Below are positions 15,696-26,438 of a stretch of 63,990 nt of DNA, piece by piece. Location: the IMG/VR virus record IMGVR_UViG_3300021960_000068, positions 1 through 63,990 of that record, one strand, 5' to 3'. A model generated the notes under the pieces. It was not told the DNA's origin and made no database searches. It saw only the letters and a program-made list of their open reading frames with translations. Each line of letters opens with the position of its first letter. Position 1 is the first letter of the stretch. The translations under genes and the position numbers were made by a program. This stretch comes from a virus (Duplodnaviria; Caudoviricetes).

Positions 15696-18600
15696 ATGGC
15701 TATAATATATTCATACCCAGATATTGGCGACGTACAAGGCAATGACATCATAGTTATTACTGATGCTGATACAGGTAATGCAACCAAATCAGCGACAATA
15801 GACACATTGTCAGCCTATATTGCAGCTCAAGCTGGTGCAGGTACTGTGCAAAGCTTCAGTGTGGACTCTTCGTCTATACCAGGTATTACAACTGTAGTCA
15901 CAAACGCTACAACTGACCCATTGCTGACGGTGAGTATAACAGGAACACCTGGTCCTAACAAGTATTTAGACGGTACTGGCAACTGGACAACCCCTGCTGG
16001 TAGCGGAGGAGGTGCTTTAACGCTCACCACTGATGGAACTTCAGGAGCAGCCACGCTAGTTGGTACTGCACTTAACATACCTATCTACTCTACTAGTGGC
16101 GGTTCTGGAACTGTTGAAAGTATTACAGCGGTAGCTCCACTTACTGGAGGTACTATAACCACAACAGGTAGCATCGGAATAAATCAAGCTTCAGTATCTG
16201 CAAATGGTTACTTATCTTCTACAGACTGGAACACGTTTAACACAAAACAAAGTACTTCTGAAAAAGGGCAAGCTGATGGTTATGCTCCATTAGATAGTAA
16301 CAACAAGGTTCCAGCTGTTCACCTGCCAGATAGTTTGGTTGGAGCTGTGGTATATCAAGGCACGTGGAACGCTTCGAATAATATACCTGCGCTTCCAACA
16401 CCCGCTTTATCAAACAAAGGTCATTATTATATAGTAAGCGCTTCGGGTGTTTACTTAGGTATAACATACGCTATAGGTGATTGGGCTATATCAAACGGAA
16501 CTGATTGGCAAAAAGTAGATAACACGCAAGATGTTAACTCTGTATTCGGGCGTCAAGGTAATGTTGTGGCAAATCAAAGTGATTACGCTACGTTTTACGC
16601 AGATATAAATGACGCATATTCAGACGCAAAAGTAGATCTTAACTTAAATGTTGCTAGCGCGAACGCAACACAAGTACTTTCTTGGAGTGGAACTGATTAC
16701 GTTTGGGTAAACCAACAATCAGGTGGTGGCGGTGGTGATGTTATTTCTGTTAATGGACAACAAGGTGTTGTAAGTCTTGATACAGATGACATACCAGAAG
16801 GCGCTACTAATTTGTACAATGTACAATCTGATTGGACAGCTACTACAGGAGCAGCGGTTATACTTAATAAACCAACGCTTTCAACAGTAGCTACAACAGG
16901 TGAGTATAGTGATTTATTAAATACCCCTAATTTAGCTGCGGTAGCTACATCAGGTAGTTATAATGATCTCACAGATAAACCTACAATACCAGGTGGAACC
17001 AATATAGGTTCTACACCTTCAGCTTCAAATGTAGTCATAACATCGTCAACAGGCAGCGATGGTACTGTCGCAGCAGCCACTCAATCACTAGCAGGTGTAA
17101 TGACCGCAGCTGATAAGCTTAAGCTAGATGGCATAGCTAATAACGCTACAAACTACGGTGATTCAAATGTAAATCTTCTTTTAGATCAAGCTAATGCTCC
17201 TAATAATTATGTATTATCTTGGAATGGGCAAGCTTACACTTGGATAAATCAATCAGGCGGGTTAAACTCGTTTAACGTTCAGTCTGACACAGGCGGCGAT
17301 ATAACTGTTAATCAAGCTAACACATCGTTTAAAATTTCTGGCGGAACTGAGCTGCTCACGACTAGAACTAATAGCAGCATAGATATTTCTTTGCAAACAA
17401 CTGGTGTTGCTGCTGGTAGTTACACAAATACAAACATAACTGTAGATTCTAAAGGTAGAATAACCTCTGCTAGTAATGGATCTGGTAGTAGTGGTATAGA
17501 TGGTTCTGGAACAGCAACACAAATGGCTATATTTGATTCTACATCAACAATAACCTCTACACAAGCTGTAGCTGTAAATAATTCTAGCCAAGTAATAATG
17601 GATGTGTTGCGCAGTAGCAATTCCTATGCAGATGACACAGCTGCTTTAGCTGGTGGCGTTCCATACGGTGGACTATATAGAACTGACAGCACCGTTAAAA
17701 TAAACCTACTTGGAAGTAGCCCTAGTGATGATCCATACACACCTGTTAGTGGGTCAAGTTGGCTTACTTTAAATTATGAATATATAAGTGGTTCTAACCA
17801 AGTTATAAATTTATATGATTTTAATTGGAATACGGTTCAACCAGTAGATGGTAATAGTAATCCTATATCATTTGCACCAGTACCACTCGCTGATCCAGGT
17901 CGTAGTGTTTCTTACGGATCTTGGAAAGTAAGTGATAACTATGAAAAAATATGGTTTGCCGATAGTTTTCAAGGATCTATTATTAGCAATGATTATGGTC
18001 AAACATGGAGTAATTTTACAGGGCCAACAGTTGGTGATGGCGCTGGCCAAATTTATAGTTACAATTCTTCAATGTCTAAAGATGGAAAAGTTTTTTGTTA
18101 TCCCTCTACACCTCAAGGCCAAACAACGCCATTAACAATTGTTAAAAGTGATGATTTTGGACAAACATTTTCCAATATTAATCTAGGTGGAAATACTACT
18201 TTTGATCGGATCTCGTCATCATCCGTTTCTTCAGGAGGTAAGTATATAGCAATTATAGTTAGAATAACTTCTAGCTCTGCACTAACACTATGGATTAGTA
18301 ATGACTATGGTGCTAATTTTACACAATCAACAGGATCATTGCCACTTGGAACCTTCTCAGGCGATCGAGTAGTTGTTTCAGGTACAGGTAAATATATTTA
18401 CGTTATTATTAATTCTTCATCAGATGTTTATAGATCTATTGACTATGGGGTTTCTTTTAGTCTTTCTTCAACGAATTCAAACGGATCAGGATTGGCTTCT
18501 AATATAACTGATATAGACATTAGTGCCGATGGTCAGTCTTTAATATACGTAGATAATACCCAAGCGCGATATTTTTATAATGAATCTTTTGGAGTTGGCG

Positions 18601-18776
18601 CTTTTATATCAGCATCAACCACAACACGAAGGATTAGTATTAGTAATTCAGGAGAGTTTGCTTACGCCGTTCAAAGCAGCAGCTCTTTAGGCACACAGTG
18701 GAAAGATTTTTGGAATACTCAATCTGTAAATAACAACGTGCCTGCATTCCCCTCACAAATAAAATTAATAAATTAA
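15696..18776 (+). CDS. Tail fibre / receptor-binding protein with C-terminal Asp-box beta-propeller
   Basis: G/S/T-rich; VATSGSYNDL repeats, AGSYTNTNITVDSKGRIT, four SxDxGxxW/F boxes. Confidence 0.85.
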   Translation: MAIIYSYPDIGDVQGNDIIVITDADTGNATKSATIDTLSAYIAAQAGAGTVQSFSVDSSSIPGITTVVTNATTDPLLTVSITGTPGPNKYLDGTGNWTTPAGSGGGALTLTTDGTSGAATLVGTALNIPIYSTSGGSGTVESITAVAPLTGGTITTTGSIGINQASVSANGYLSSTDWNTFNTKQSTSEKGQADGYAPLDSNNKVPAVHLPDSLVGAVVYQGTWNASNNIPALPTPALSNKGHYYIVSASGVYLGITYAIGDWAISNGTDWQKVDNTQDVNSVFGRQGNVVANQSDYATFYADINDAYSDAKVDLNLNVASANATQVLSWSGTDYVWVNQQSGGGGGDVISVNGQQGVVSLDTDDIPEGATNLYNVQSDWTATTGAAVILNKPTLSTVATTGEYSDLLNTPNLAAVATSGSYNDLTDKPTIPGGTNIGSTPSASNVVITSSTGSDGTVAAATQSLAGVMTAADKLKLDGIANNATNYGDSNVNLLLDQANAPNNYVLSWNGQAYTWINQSGGLNSFNVQSDTGGDITVNQANTSFKISGGTELLTTRTNSSIDISLQTTGVAAGSYTNTNITVDSKGRITSASNGSGSSGIDGSGTATQMAIFDSTSTITSTQAVAVNNSSQVIMDVLRSSNSYADDTAALAGGVPYGGLYRTDSTVKINLLGSSPSDDPYTPVSGSSWLTLNYEYISGSNQVINLYDFNWNTVQPVDGNSNPISFAPVPLADPGRSVSYGSWKVSDNYEKIWFADSFQGSIISNDYGQTWSNFTGPTVGDGAGQIYSYNSSMSKDGKVFCYPSTPQGQTTPLTIVKSDDFGQTFSNINLGGNTTFDRISSSSVSSGGKYIAIIVRITSSSALTLWISNDYGANFTQSTGSLPLGTFSGDRVVVSGTGKYIYVIINSSSDVYRSIDYGVSFSLSSTNSNGSGLASNITDIDISADGQSLIYVDNTQARYFYNESFGVGAFISASTTTRRISISNSGEFAYAVQSSSSLGTQWKDFWNTQSVNNNVPAFPSQIKLIN

Positions 18777-18779
18777 AAA

Positions 18780-21700
18780 ATGGCAATAATTTATAGTTAT
18801 CCAATAACTACTCCACAAGACTCGGATCTATTTATAATATCTAGAACACCAGACGATCCAGACGAAATATCAAACTTTAGCGTCGGTGTAGGTACTATTG
18901 CGGAGTATATTATAGACAAGCTTATAGATCCTAATGCTTCTGATTTTCAAATACCTGTGTTTAACCAAGGTGGGATTAGAATAACCGGATCTATAATGAG
19001 TCAAGATAGCTCACCTTCAAATGGTGTAGCTGGTACTAAAATAACTATAGCTGGTAACACAACTACTACAGGTGATGTACAGATAGATACATTAACAAAT
19101 AACTATATACCTGTTAACAACAATCAAGGCGTATTACGCGACTCTGGTTTTTATCAAGTTCAAGCACCTGTTACTGCAGATAGAGCTATTGGTTTAAACA
19201 CAACTAAACTTGATAGTTTTTATGGAGAGTATCCAGATTTAAGAGTTGCATCTAGATCTTTAAATAATCCAGGTGTGTTAGATTTATTCAGACCAGACGG
19301 AGATGTTCAAGCTGGCGACAGAGTTGGTATTTTGCAGTATAGTCTTGATGATGATACTCAATACGCTGTAGCTCAAATAGAAGTAAAAACAATTGGTGAT
19401 TCTGGAAGTGGCAACACAGGAGGTGGTAAGCTTTGCTTTAAAACATCTAAAAATTTTCCCGGTGCTCAAGTAATAGATAGACTTTGTATAGACGATACTG
19501 AAGCAGATTTTCGAGTACCTATAAATGTAACAAGCACAAGCCAATCAAGCTTCGCAGGTCAAGTGACGATACCACTAACGCCTATACAAAATACAGACGC
19601 TGCTTCTAAAGGTTATGTAGATAGTCAATTAGATAAAGATCTTCAAATAGAAGGTGATACAGGTACTGGTTCTATAAATTTAGACACACAAGTATTTGAT
19701 GTAGCTGGTGGTACATATATAGATACCGCTGCTGGAGGCCAAACAATAACTGTAGATATTTCTGCTGTTGATGGAAATCCAGGTATTAACGAAAGATATT
19801 TAACTAAAAACAATACATGGGCTGAAGTAGCTACGATACCTGGAACTTACAGGTTTAATGTAAACGCTGACACGGGTACTGCACAGACAGTAAATACAAC
19901 TGAAACCTTATTACTTGCTGGTGGAACTTATATGAATACATCCGTAGGTATTGGACCTGAAGTTACTTTTAATCACGATGACACTACTCTTACAACTACA
20001 AGTTCTTCTTTGTCCCCGGGAGTTGGTGGTAGTTTTAGCGTTATAGATTCTGTTACTACAAATTTACAAGGTCACGTAACAGATATAAATACGTTAACCG
20101 TTACGTTACCACAAGACACTGATAACTACGTAGACAGTGGTACTTATAGTAATAGTACTGGAACACTATCGCTTACAAGAACAGGTGGTTTAGCAGATGT
20201 TGATGTTTCCGGTTTCTTAGAAGAAGCCCCAAGTGATGGCTCGCAATATGCCCGTCAAAACGGTGGTTGGTCTGTTGTTTCTGGAGGTGGTGGCAGCGGA
20301 ACAGTTACTAGCGTTGCGGCAACTCACGCTGGAGACGCTTTTACAGCTACTATAGGTAATGTATCTACAGTAAATCCTTCAGTTGATATTACATTAAACG
20401 GCTCGTCTTCACAATATATAGATGGCGCTGGTAACTTAACAACGTTCCCTACCATACCAACAGTACCTGCTAATATAGTAGAAACAATAATTACCACAGA
20501 TGGTACATTTATAGATTTAACCCCTGACGTGGCGACAGACGGAGCTGTAACAATAACGGCTGATCTTTCCGCAACGGGGACAGCTGATAATACTACGTTT
20601 TTAAGAGGAGACAATACTTGGGCAGTACCTTCTGGCGGCGGTGGTGGAGTTGGCGGTTCTGGAACAATCAATACTATACCGATTTGGAGTACAACTACTG
20701 ATTTAGCAGATTCTCAAATAACACAAGATAATACAGGTACAGATCCTATATTTGATTTTAACAGCATTACAGGTACTAATCAATATACACCACCCACAAA
20801 CACAGTGTTGTACAAGTTAAAATCAGGTGATGCAAATAAATTTTCTATAACACAAGATGGTGGTGGCGGTGTTGTATTGCCTTCAGGCGATATATTAAAC
20901 AACGGCCCATCATTTAATATGGGTGGTAATGCTTTTGCTAATGGTGAAAACGCTTTATCAGTTGGTTCTGCAACTACTGCTTTTGGAAACGGTTCGTTTG
21001 CCGCTAACTTTTTAACACTAGCATCAGGTGGTGGCGCCTCAGCGTTTGGTTTGTTAACCGAAGCAACGGCTTTAGCATCTGCGGCGTTTGGTAATAAATC
21101 ACAATCTACAGGTAACTATAGTATTGCAGCTGGTCAAGATTCAATTGCATCAGGACAATCATCGGTAGCTATCGGTGAAAAAGGTGACGCTCAAGGTAAA
21201 AATACTTTTGTTTCTGGTTTTGGAGGTACAGCTACGGCAAATAACGCTGTAAAGTTTGGATATGAAGGTTCTGCTAGCGGAAACAACTCAGCTAAATTTG
21301 GTTTTGAATCTATAGCTTCTGGTAGCAATTCATTTGCATCCGGCTGGCAAACGGTTGCCTCTGGTATATATTCTTTTACAGCAGGTGATGGCAATATAGC
21401 TTCTGGAGAAAGAACGGCTGTTTTTGGTATAGATAATAACGTGTCAGGTAAAGGAAGTTTTGCTATTGGCGCTAGAAACACAGTGCCTTCTGAAAATTGT
21501 TTCGTAGGAGGTACAGACAATACGTTGGTTGGTGCCAGCAGTGGTGTGAATGGGGCTCAAACTTCTTTTGTTTTTGGAAATCTAAATACAGCAGAAGGAC
21601 GATATAGCACTGTCTTAGGAACTAATAATAATACAGGCGAATCAACCGGCCAAAATCCTAGTGACTATATTACTCTAATAGGGCACACTAACCTTCTCTT

Positions 21701-22481
21701 GAGCAGCAATAGGTCCACGATGCTTGGCTTTTCTAACCAAAACTACAGTGCGTCAAATGGATATATTGTTGGAGAAGCCAACCTGAACGTATTTGGTAGT
21801 AACAATTATATTTTTGGGCGTGTTAATGATATAGATAGCTGTAGCAACTCTGTAACAATTGGGACAGGAAATGAAACGGTAGGGACTGGAAACATACCTA
21901 GTATCACTTTAGTTGGTGTTGGGTTAAAGTTTGATTCAAGCGGGCCGAATACCGGCTATGGAAGAGCTACGTATGTTGGTTATTATAACGACGATCAAGA
22001 TCAATTTTCTCAGTTTCAAATAGGTAATGGAACTCCCGAAACTAGGAAAAATGCTTTAAGTATAAATAAAGAAAGTGAGATTAAAATATCTGAGTATGGA
22101 TCTGGCGCAGTAACTGGAACTGCAACTTACAATTTAGCTGTTGCAGCTGATGGTAAAATAATTGAAACAGCGATAGGTAGTAATACAAACTACTCTGTTC
22201 AAGTATTAACAGCTAACGCAACTGGTCAAAAAAATTATTTATACGTTCTACAAGGATCATCTGCTATAGAGCTTACGTTACCTTCAAGCCCATCATCTGG
22301 TGATAGTATTAAAGTATCTAATTTAACAACAGTAACAACTTGTACTATAAATCCAGGCTCTGAAAGAATAATGTCTATACCTCAAATTATGACGTTAGAT
22401 AATAATAAAGCTGCATTCGAATTAATATACGTAGGACCAGCATACGGTTGGGTTATAGTCGGTGCAACAGGTGAAATATAA
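18780..22481 (+). CDS. Tail fibre with YadA-head-like beta-roll repeats
   Basis: N-terminal MAIIYSYP shared with the preceding gene; ~14-aa ASGxxSxAxG repeats; DAASKGYVD. Confidence 0.85.
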   Translation: MAIIYSYPITTPQDSDLFIISRTPDDPDEISNFSVGVGTIAEYIIDKLIDPNASDFQIPVFNQGGIRITGSIMSQDSSPSNGVAGTKITIAGNTTTTGDVQIDTLTNNYIPVNNNQGVLRDSGFYQVQAPVTADRAIGLNTTKLDSFYGEYPDLRVASRSLNNPGVLDLFRPDGDVQAGDRVGILQYSLDDDTQYAVAQIEVKTIGDSGSGNTGGGKLCFKTSKNFPGAQVIDRLCIDDTEADFRVPINVTSTSQSSFAGQVTIPLTPIQNTDAASKGYVDSQLDKDLQIEGDTGTGSINLDTQVFDVAGGTYIDTAAGGQTITVDISAVDGNPGINERYLTKNNTWAEVATIPGTYRFNVNADTGTAQTVNTTETLLLAGGTYMNTSVGIGPEVTFNHDDTTLTTTSSSLSPGVGGSFSVIDSVTTNLQGHVTDINTLTVTLPQDTDNYVDSGTYSNSTGTLSLTRTGGLADVDVSGFLEEAPSDGSQYARQNGGWSVVSGGGGSGTVTSVAATHAGDAFTATIGNVSTVNPSVDITLNGSSSQYIDGAGNLTTFPTIPTVPANIVETIITTDGTFIDLTPDVATDGAVTITADLSATGTADNTTFLRGDNTWAVPSGGGGGVGGSGTINTIPIWSTTTDLADSQITQDNTGTDPIFDFNSITGTNQYTPPTNTVLYKLKSGDANKFSITQDGGGGVVLPSGDILNNGPSFNMGGNAFANGENALSVGSATTAFGNGSFAANFLTLASGGGASAFGLLTEATALASAAFGNKSQSTGNYSIAAGQDSIASGQSSVAIGEKGDAQGKNTFVSGFGGTATANNAVKFGYEGSASGNNSAKFGFESIASGSNSFASGWQTVASGIYSFTAGDGNIASGERTAVFGIDNNVSGKGSFAIGARNTVPSENCFVGGTDNTLVGASSGVNGAQTSFVFGNLNTAEGRYSTVLGTNNNTGESTGQNPSDYITLIGHTNLLLSSNRSTMLGFSNQNYSASNGYIVGEANLNVFGSNNYIFGRVNDIDSCSNSVTIGTGNETVGTGNIPSITLVGVGLKFDSSGPNTGYGRATYVGYYNDDQDQFSQFQIGNGTPETRKNALSINKESEIKISEYGSGAVTGTATYNLAVAADGKIIETAIGSNTNYSVQVLTANATGQKNYLYVLQGSSAIELTLPSSPSSGDSIKVSNLTTVTTCTINPGSERIMSIPQIMTLDNNKAAFELIYVGPAYGWVIVGATGEI

Positions 22482-22504
22482 AATAAATATTTAAATAAAT
22501 ATAA

Positions 22505-23080
22505 ATGAGTAAATATACAGATTTTTTTCCATTAGCCGGAGGCGGTGGCGGTGGGGGTTTAACACCTAAGTTTCAAGATTTTACTACAAGTGGAACTTTC
22601 ACGCCAACATCTAATTTAATATCAGCTGGAGGTTTTATACAAGTTTTAATAGTTGGAGGTGGTTGTGCTGCGGGTAACGGTAACGCTGGCCAAGGAGGTG
22701 AAGCTCAAATAATACCTATGTATTTAACAAATACCAGTGGAGTGACTGTAACGGTAGGAGCTGGCGGTGGTACTTCTGGCGGAAGTGCTAGTGAATTCGA
22801 CGGAGCAACAGCAGGTGGTATTGATATTTCTTCACAAGGAGGTAGTAATTTTGAAGGAAATATTAATTCTGTTTCACCTAGCTGGGGTTCACCTGATACC
22901 GGTAGCACGAGTGGGCCTCCTGTGGCTACTGCTGGTAATGGTATATTTGGGTATGGAGCTGGAGCAGCTTGGGGTAATCCTCCTGGCGCGGGCGTTAGAA
23001 TTCCAAAAGCAAATACTGGCCAAGGAGCTTATGGCGGGACTGCCGCTAGTGGATTTGTTAGAGTAATGTGGTACGAATAA
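22505..23080 (+). CDS. Glycine-rich tail-associated protein
   Basis: FTTSGTFTP, VGGG, ANTGQG, SGFVRV motifs. Confidence 0.75.
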   Translation: MSKYTDFFPLAGGGGGGGLTPKFQDFTTSGTFTPTSNLISAGGFIQVLIVGGGCAAGNGNAGQGGEAQIIPMYLTNTSGVTVTVGAGGGTSGGSASEFDGATAGGIDISSQGGSNFEGNINSVSPSWGSPDTGSTSGPPVATAGNGIFGYGAGAAWGNPPGAGVRIPKANTGQGAYGGTAASGFVRVMWYE

Positions 23081-23090
23081 AATACAAAAA

Positions 23091-23456
23091 ATGGAAAATT
23101 TAATAGCAATAATAAAAAATAATAAAGTTGAAAAAGTAATTGTAGCTTCAGATGACTTTGCAGAAACTTTAGAAGAAACCACAATAAATGTAACTGGTCA
23201 AGACGTAGGTGTTGGTTTCGTATATAAAGATGAAAAATTTTATAACCCTTTTGATTTACTAGAGGGTGAGGAAGCTATTTTATATAAATCAGAACAAGAA
23301 AGAAAATGGCGTGATAGAGAATTAAAAGACTCTGATTGGATAGTTCCACTAACAGATCACCCGCAACACGAAGAATATTTAACATACAGACAAGAATTAA
23401 GAGATTACCCACAACAGGCTGACTTCCCTAACGGGGATAGACCTATAAAACCTTAA
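23091..23456 (+). CDS. Tail fibre assembly chaperone
   Basis: WRDRELKDSDW...YRQELRDYPQQ..FP...P. Confidence 0.8.
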   Translation: MENLIAIIKNNKVEKVIVASDDFAETLEETTINVTGQDVGVGFVYKDEKFYNPFDLLEGEEAILYKSEQERKWRDRELKDSDWIVPLTDHPQHEEYLTYRQELRDYPQQADFPNGDRPIKP

Positions 23457-23462
23457 ACAATT

Positions 23463-23783
23463 ATGGCAACTTGGACAATTTTATCAATGGAATATGAAAA
23501 CAACGCTAGCGAAGATAAGCTGGTAGTAATATCCGCAGCGCAGGGGCAAGACGGTGTTGGTTATGCTAGAAAAGTATTTACTAATACTTTATCTGGCGTT
23601 GTAGGACCTGCCCCACTTACACCTTATGATCAACTAACCGAATCTCAAGTTATAGGTTTAGTTCAAACTGACTTAGGTTCAACTGTAGTAACAGATGCAG
23701 AAACTTATGTAGATGCGCAAGCTACTATTAAAAAAGAACAGATAGAAGATTTACCTACTAATGCAGGGCTTCCTTGGTCATAA
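23463..23783 (+). CDS. Tail-associated hypothetical protein
   Basis: PYDQLTESQVIG...GLPW. Confidence 0.7.
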   Translation: MATWTILSMEYENNASEDKLVVISAAQGQDGVGYARKVFTNTLSGVVGPAPLTPYDQLTESQVIGLVQTDLGSTVVTDAETYVDAQATIKKEQIEDLPTNAGLPWS

Positions 23784-23813
23784 GTAAAAATCACTAAAAC
23801 CAAGTGAGTATAT
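23784..23813 (+). promoter_or_regulatory. Putative class II promoter GTAAA-N15-GTGAGTATAT
   Basis: Upstream of the operon containing groEL. Confidence 0.65.
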
Positions 23814-23869
23814 AGAATATACCCGGCCAGGGAAATGGCAAACCAAATAGTAATTTAAAACCAAAACCA

Positions 23870-24160
23870 ATGACACTATTTTACCAGACTCAATCGTGGA
23901 GTAGTCAACCACAAATAAGTGAAGAAACCATCAACCTTTGGAAGCATGTATCTGAAAAGAAACACTGGCGTATAGTCCAGCTACCAAACGGTTTCTACCA
24001 AACAGAATACCTAGATCTAAAAAAAGAAGATTCTTGGATCGACGTAACGAGACGCGAAACCCTCGAAGGAGCTGAGCAAGCAATAGACGCATCAATATCG
24101 CACTATGAAAAAAAGCTTGGTTACTTACGCGGACCACAAGTCGTTAAAACCTTTGAATAA
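23870..24160 (+). CDS. Hypothetical protein
   Basis: 96-aa ORF with A-rich leader. Confidence 0.75.
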   Translation: MTLFYQTQSWSSQPQISEETINLWKHVSEKKHWRIVQLPNGFYQTEYLDLKKEDSWIDVTRRETLEGAEQAIDASISHYEKKLGYLRGPQVVKTFE

Positions 24161-24192
24161 AATTATACAATACAATTAAATTAAATTAAATT

Positions 24193-25749
24193 ATGACTGA
24201 CAAAATTGTCAAAAATCTTAACTTTGGCCAAGAGGCTAAAGATAAGGTGTTTAAAGGTATAGATAAATTAACAAAGGCTGTTAGCTCCACACTTGGGGCT
24301 AGCGGCCAATGTGTAATACTAGAAGATGATCAGGGCAAACCTGTCATTACAAAAGATGGTGTAACCGTAGCAAACGCTATTACACTATTAGACCCAGTAG
24401 AAAATATGGGTGCTACGCTTCTAAAGGAAGCTGCTAGAAAAACTGTTCAAGAAGCTGGCGATGGAACAACAACGGCTACAGTACTAGCGCACTCAATTTT
24501 AACTGAAGCGTATAAAAATATCGATAAAGATAATATACGTAATATTAAAAACGGTATAACAAGTGCTGTTGATAAAGTAATTAATTACTTAGAAAAAAAG
24601 GTTATTGCAGTAGAAGGTAGTATGCTAGATGATGTAGCTACTATTAGTTGTAACAACGATGCTGAGCTTGGCAAAATAATCGGTGATGCTTTTAAAGCTG
24701 CTGGTGAAAACGGTGTTGTTATAATGGAACCTACAACAGAAGACAAAACAGAGTTTGAACTTGTCGATGGTGTGCAATACGAAAAAGGTTTAACAAACTC
24801 TCACTTTATAACAAGCAAAGAAAAACGTATAGCAGAGCTTGATAACCCACTTGTGTTACTAATTGAGTCACCTATAGAATCTGTACGCAAGATTCAATCG
24901 GTACTTGAATACGTAATTAAAAACAAAAAGCCTTTACTTATTATTGGTGATTTAGAAACCGAGGTGTTAGCTACGCTAGCAATGAATAAGGTTAAAGGTA
25001 ATATAAAAGTAAATGTAGTAAACGCACCTACATACGGTATAAATAAAAAAGACACAATGTCTGATTTAGCTATGCTAACCGGTGCTACTGTTATCAATGA
25101 AGATCTTGGTGATGACTTAGACGTTATAAACCCAGACTTCCTAGGATCATGTTTTAAGAGCACAACTAGTGATACAGATACAATACTTCAAGTAGATACT
25201 TCTACTGACGAGATAAAGCGTTTAATTGATTCAGTTAAAAAACTAATATCTAAAGCTAAAGCTCCCGGTGAAATTATAAGACTTGAAAAAAGATTAGCTA
25301 GACTATCAGCGAAAGTTGCAGTTGTAAAAATAGGGGCTAACTCAGAGATAGAGTTAAAAGAAAAATCAGATAGAGTCGAAGATGCTATCTGTGCTACTAA
25401 AGCCGCGGTAAAAGAAGGTATAGTATCTGGAGGTGGTATAGCTCTTCGCGATGCATCTAATAAAACCAAAGGTAAAACCGTTGGTGAAAAGATATTGCTA
25501 GAAGCTATTAAAGCTCCATTTAAAACTATACTAAATAACGCTGGACTAGAAGAGGTTGGTACGCCCGAAGAAGGTATGGGTGTTAATGTAGTTACAGGTG
25601 AAACTGTTCACATGGTTGATACGGGGATTATAGATCCTTTACTTGTAACTAAAAGTGCACTCAAACACGCGGCTTCAGTGGCTACCACTATATTATCTAC
25701 AGATTGTGTAATCAATAATTTAAGAGTTGGAGATGAAAGCAGTAGGTAG
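24193..25749 (+). CDS. groEL: Chaperonin GroEL (phage type)
   Basis: ITKDGVTVA, AGDGTTTATVLA, DRVEDA, GIIDP; no GGM tail. Confidence 0.97.
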   Translation: MTDKIVKNLNFGQEAKDKVFKGIDKLTKAVSSTLGASGQCVILEDDQGKPVITKDGVTVANAITLLDPVENMGATLLKEAARKTVQEAGDGTTTATVLAHSILTEAYKNIDKDNIRNIKNGITSAVDKVINYLEKKVIAVEGSMLDDVATISCNNDAELGKIIGDAFKAAGENGVVIMEPTTEDKTEFELVDGVQYEKGLTNSHFITSKEKRIAELDNPLVLLIESPIESVRKIQSVLEYVIKNKKPLLIIGDLETEVLATLAMNKVKGNIKVNVVNAPTYGINKKDTMSDLAMLTGATVINEDLGDDLDVINPDFLGSCFKSTTSDTDTILQVDTSTDEIKRLIDSVKKLISKAKAPGEIIRLEKRLARLSAKVAVVKIGANSEIELKEKSDRVEDAICATKAAVKEGIVSGGGIALRDASNKTKGKTVGEKILLEAIKAPFKTILNNAGLEEVGTPEEGMGVNVVTGETVHMVDTGIIDPLLVTKSALKHAASVATTILSTDCVINNLRVGDESSR

Positions 25750-25996
25750 AAATATAGTAATAAAAAAGAAAAAAGAAGACACCGTCAAAAAAACTGACGG
25801 TGGTCTTATGTTAACTGGTAAACAAAGAGTTGATATTCGTTATAAAGAAGCGACTATACTTCATTGTGGTGACGACGTTAAAGGTGTAGAAGAAGGTCAA
25901 ACAATATTCTACGATAAAAACGCTGGCCACAGACTTGAAGTAGACAAAGAGGTTTTTTATGTTATACGAGATGTAGACGTTGTAGTTGTGCTATGA
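25733..25996 (+). CDS. groES: Co-chaperonin GroES-like
   Basis: KTDGGLML mobile loop, GDDVKGVEEG; follows groEL. Confidence 0.85.
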   Translation: MKAVGRNIVIKKKKEDTVKKTDGGLMLTGKQRVDIRYKEATILHCGDDVKGVEEGQTIFYDKNAGHRLEVDKEVFYVIRDVDVVVVL

Positions 25997-26436
25997 GAAT
26001 AGATGCTAGTGACATTAGGGATTTAAATCTTCTTAAACACTATCGTATAATACGTAAGTGGGCTTGTAAAAATAATGATTTAAACGATGCAGAGCTAGAG
26101 CTTTTAATATATTTAGACTGCATGGATATGTTTACTAGAAAAGATTTTGAAGACGGTACATATTCTTTTAGTTGGGATAATCGTAGATGGAATAAGCTTT
26201 TACAAAACGATTGGATTACGCTTTGGCGAAGAAACAATAGGACTACACAAAAGTATAATATATATAAAGTTTCTTTTAAAGGCAAACAACTAATATCAAG
26301 AGTATATAAAATAATGCTTGGTGAAGAGGATATACCTACTAGCACTAGGCGCAACAGTATAATGAAAGGCAAAAGCTATAGCGATAAAGTTTATTCATTT
26401 GCTATTAACAATGTTAATAAAGATAAAGAAAGATAA
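25993..26436 (+). CDS. Winged-helix (MarR-like) protein
   Basis: LNDAELELLIYL...YKVSFKGKQL. Confidence 0.6.
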   Translation: MRIDASDIRDLNLLKHYRIIRKWACKNNDLNDAELELLIYLDCMDMFTRKDFEDGTYSFSWDNRRWNKLLQNDWITLWRRNNRTTQKYNIYKVSFKGKQLISRVYKIMLGEEDIPTSTRRNSIMKGKSYSDKVYSFAINNVNKDKER

Positions 26437-26438
26437 TT

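Noticed and set aside
15696-23080. Diversity-generating retroelement or invertase-driven fibre switching
   Set aside because: No reverse transcriptase or site-specific recombinase, and no ~100-bp adenine-variable repeat pair was noticed
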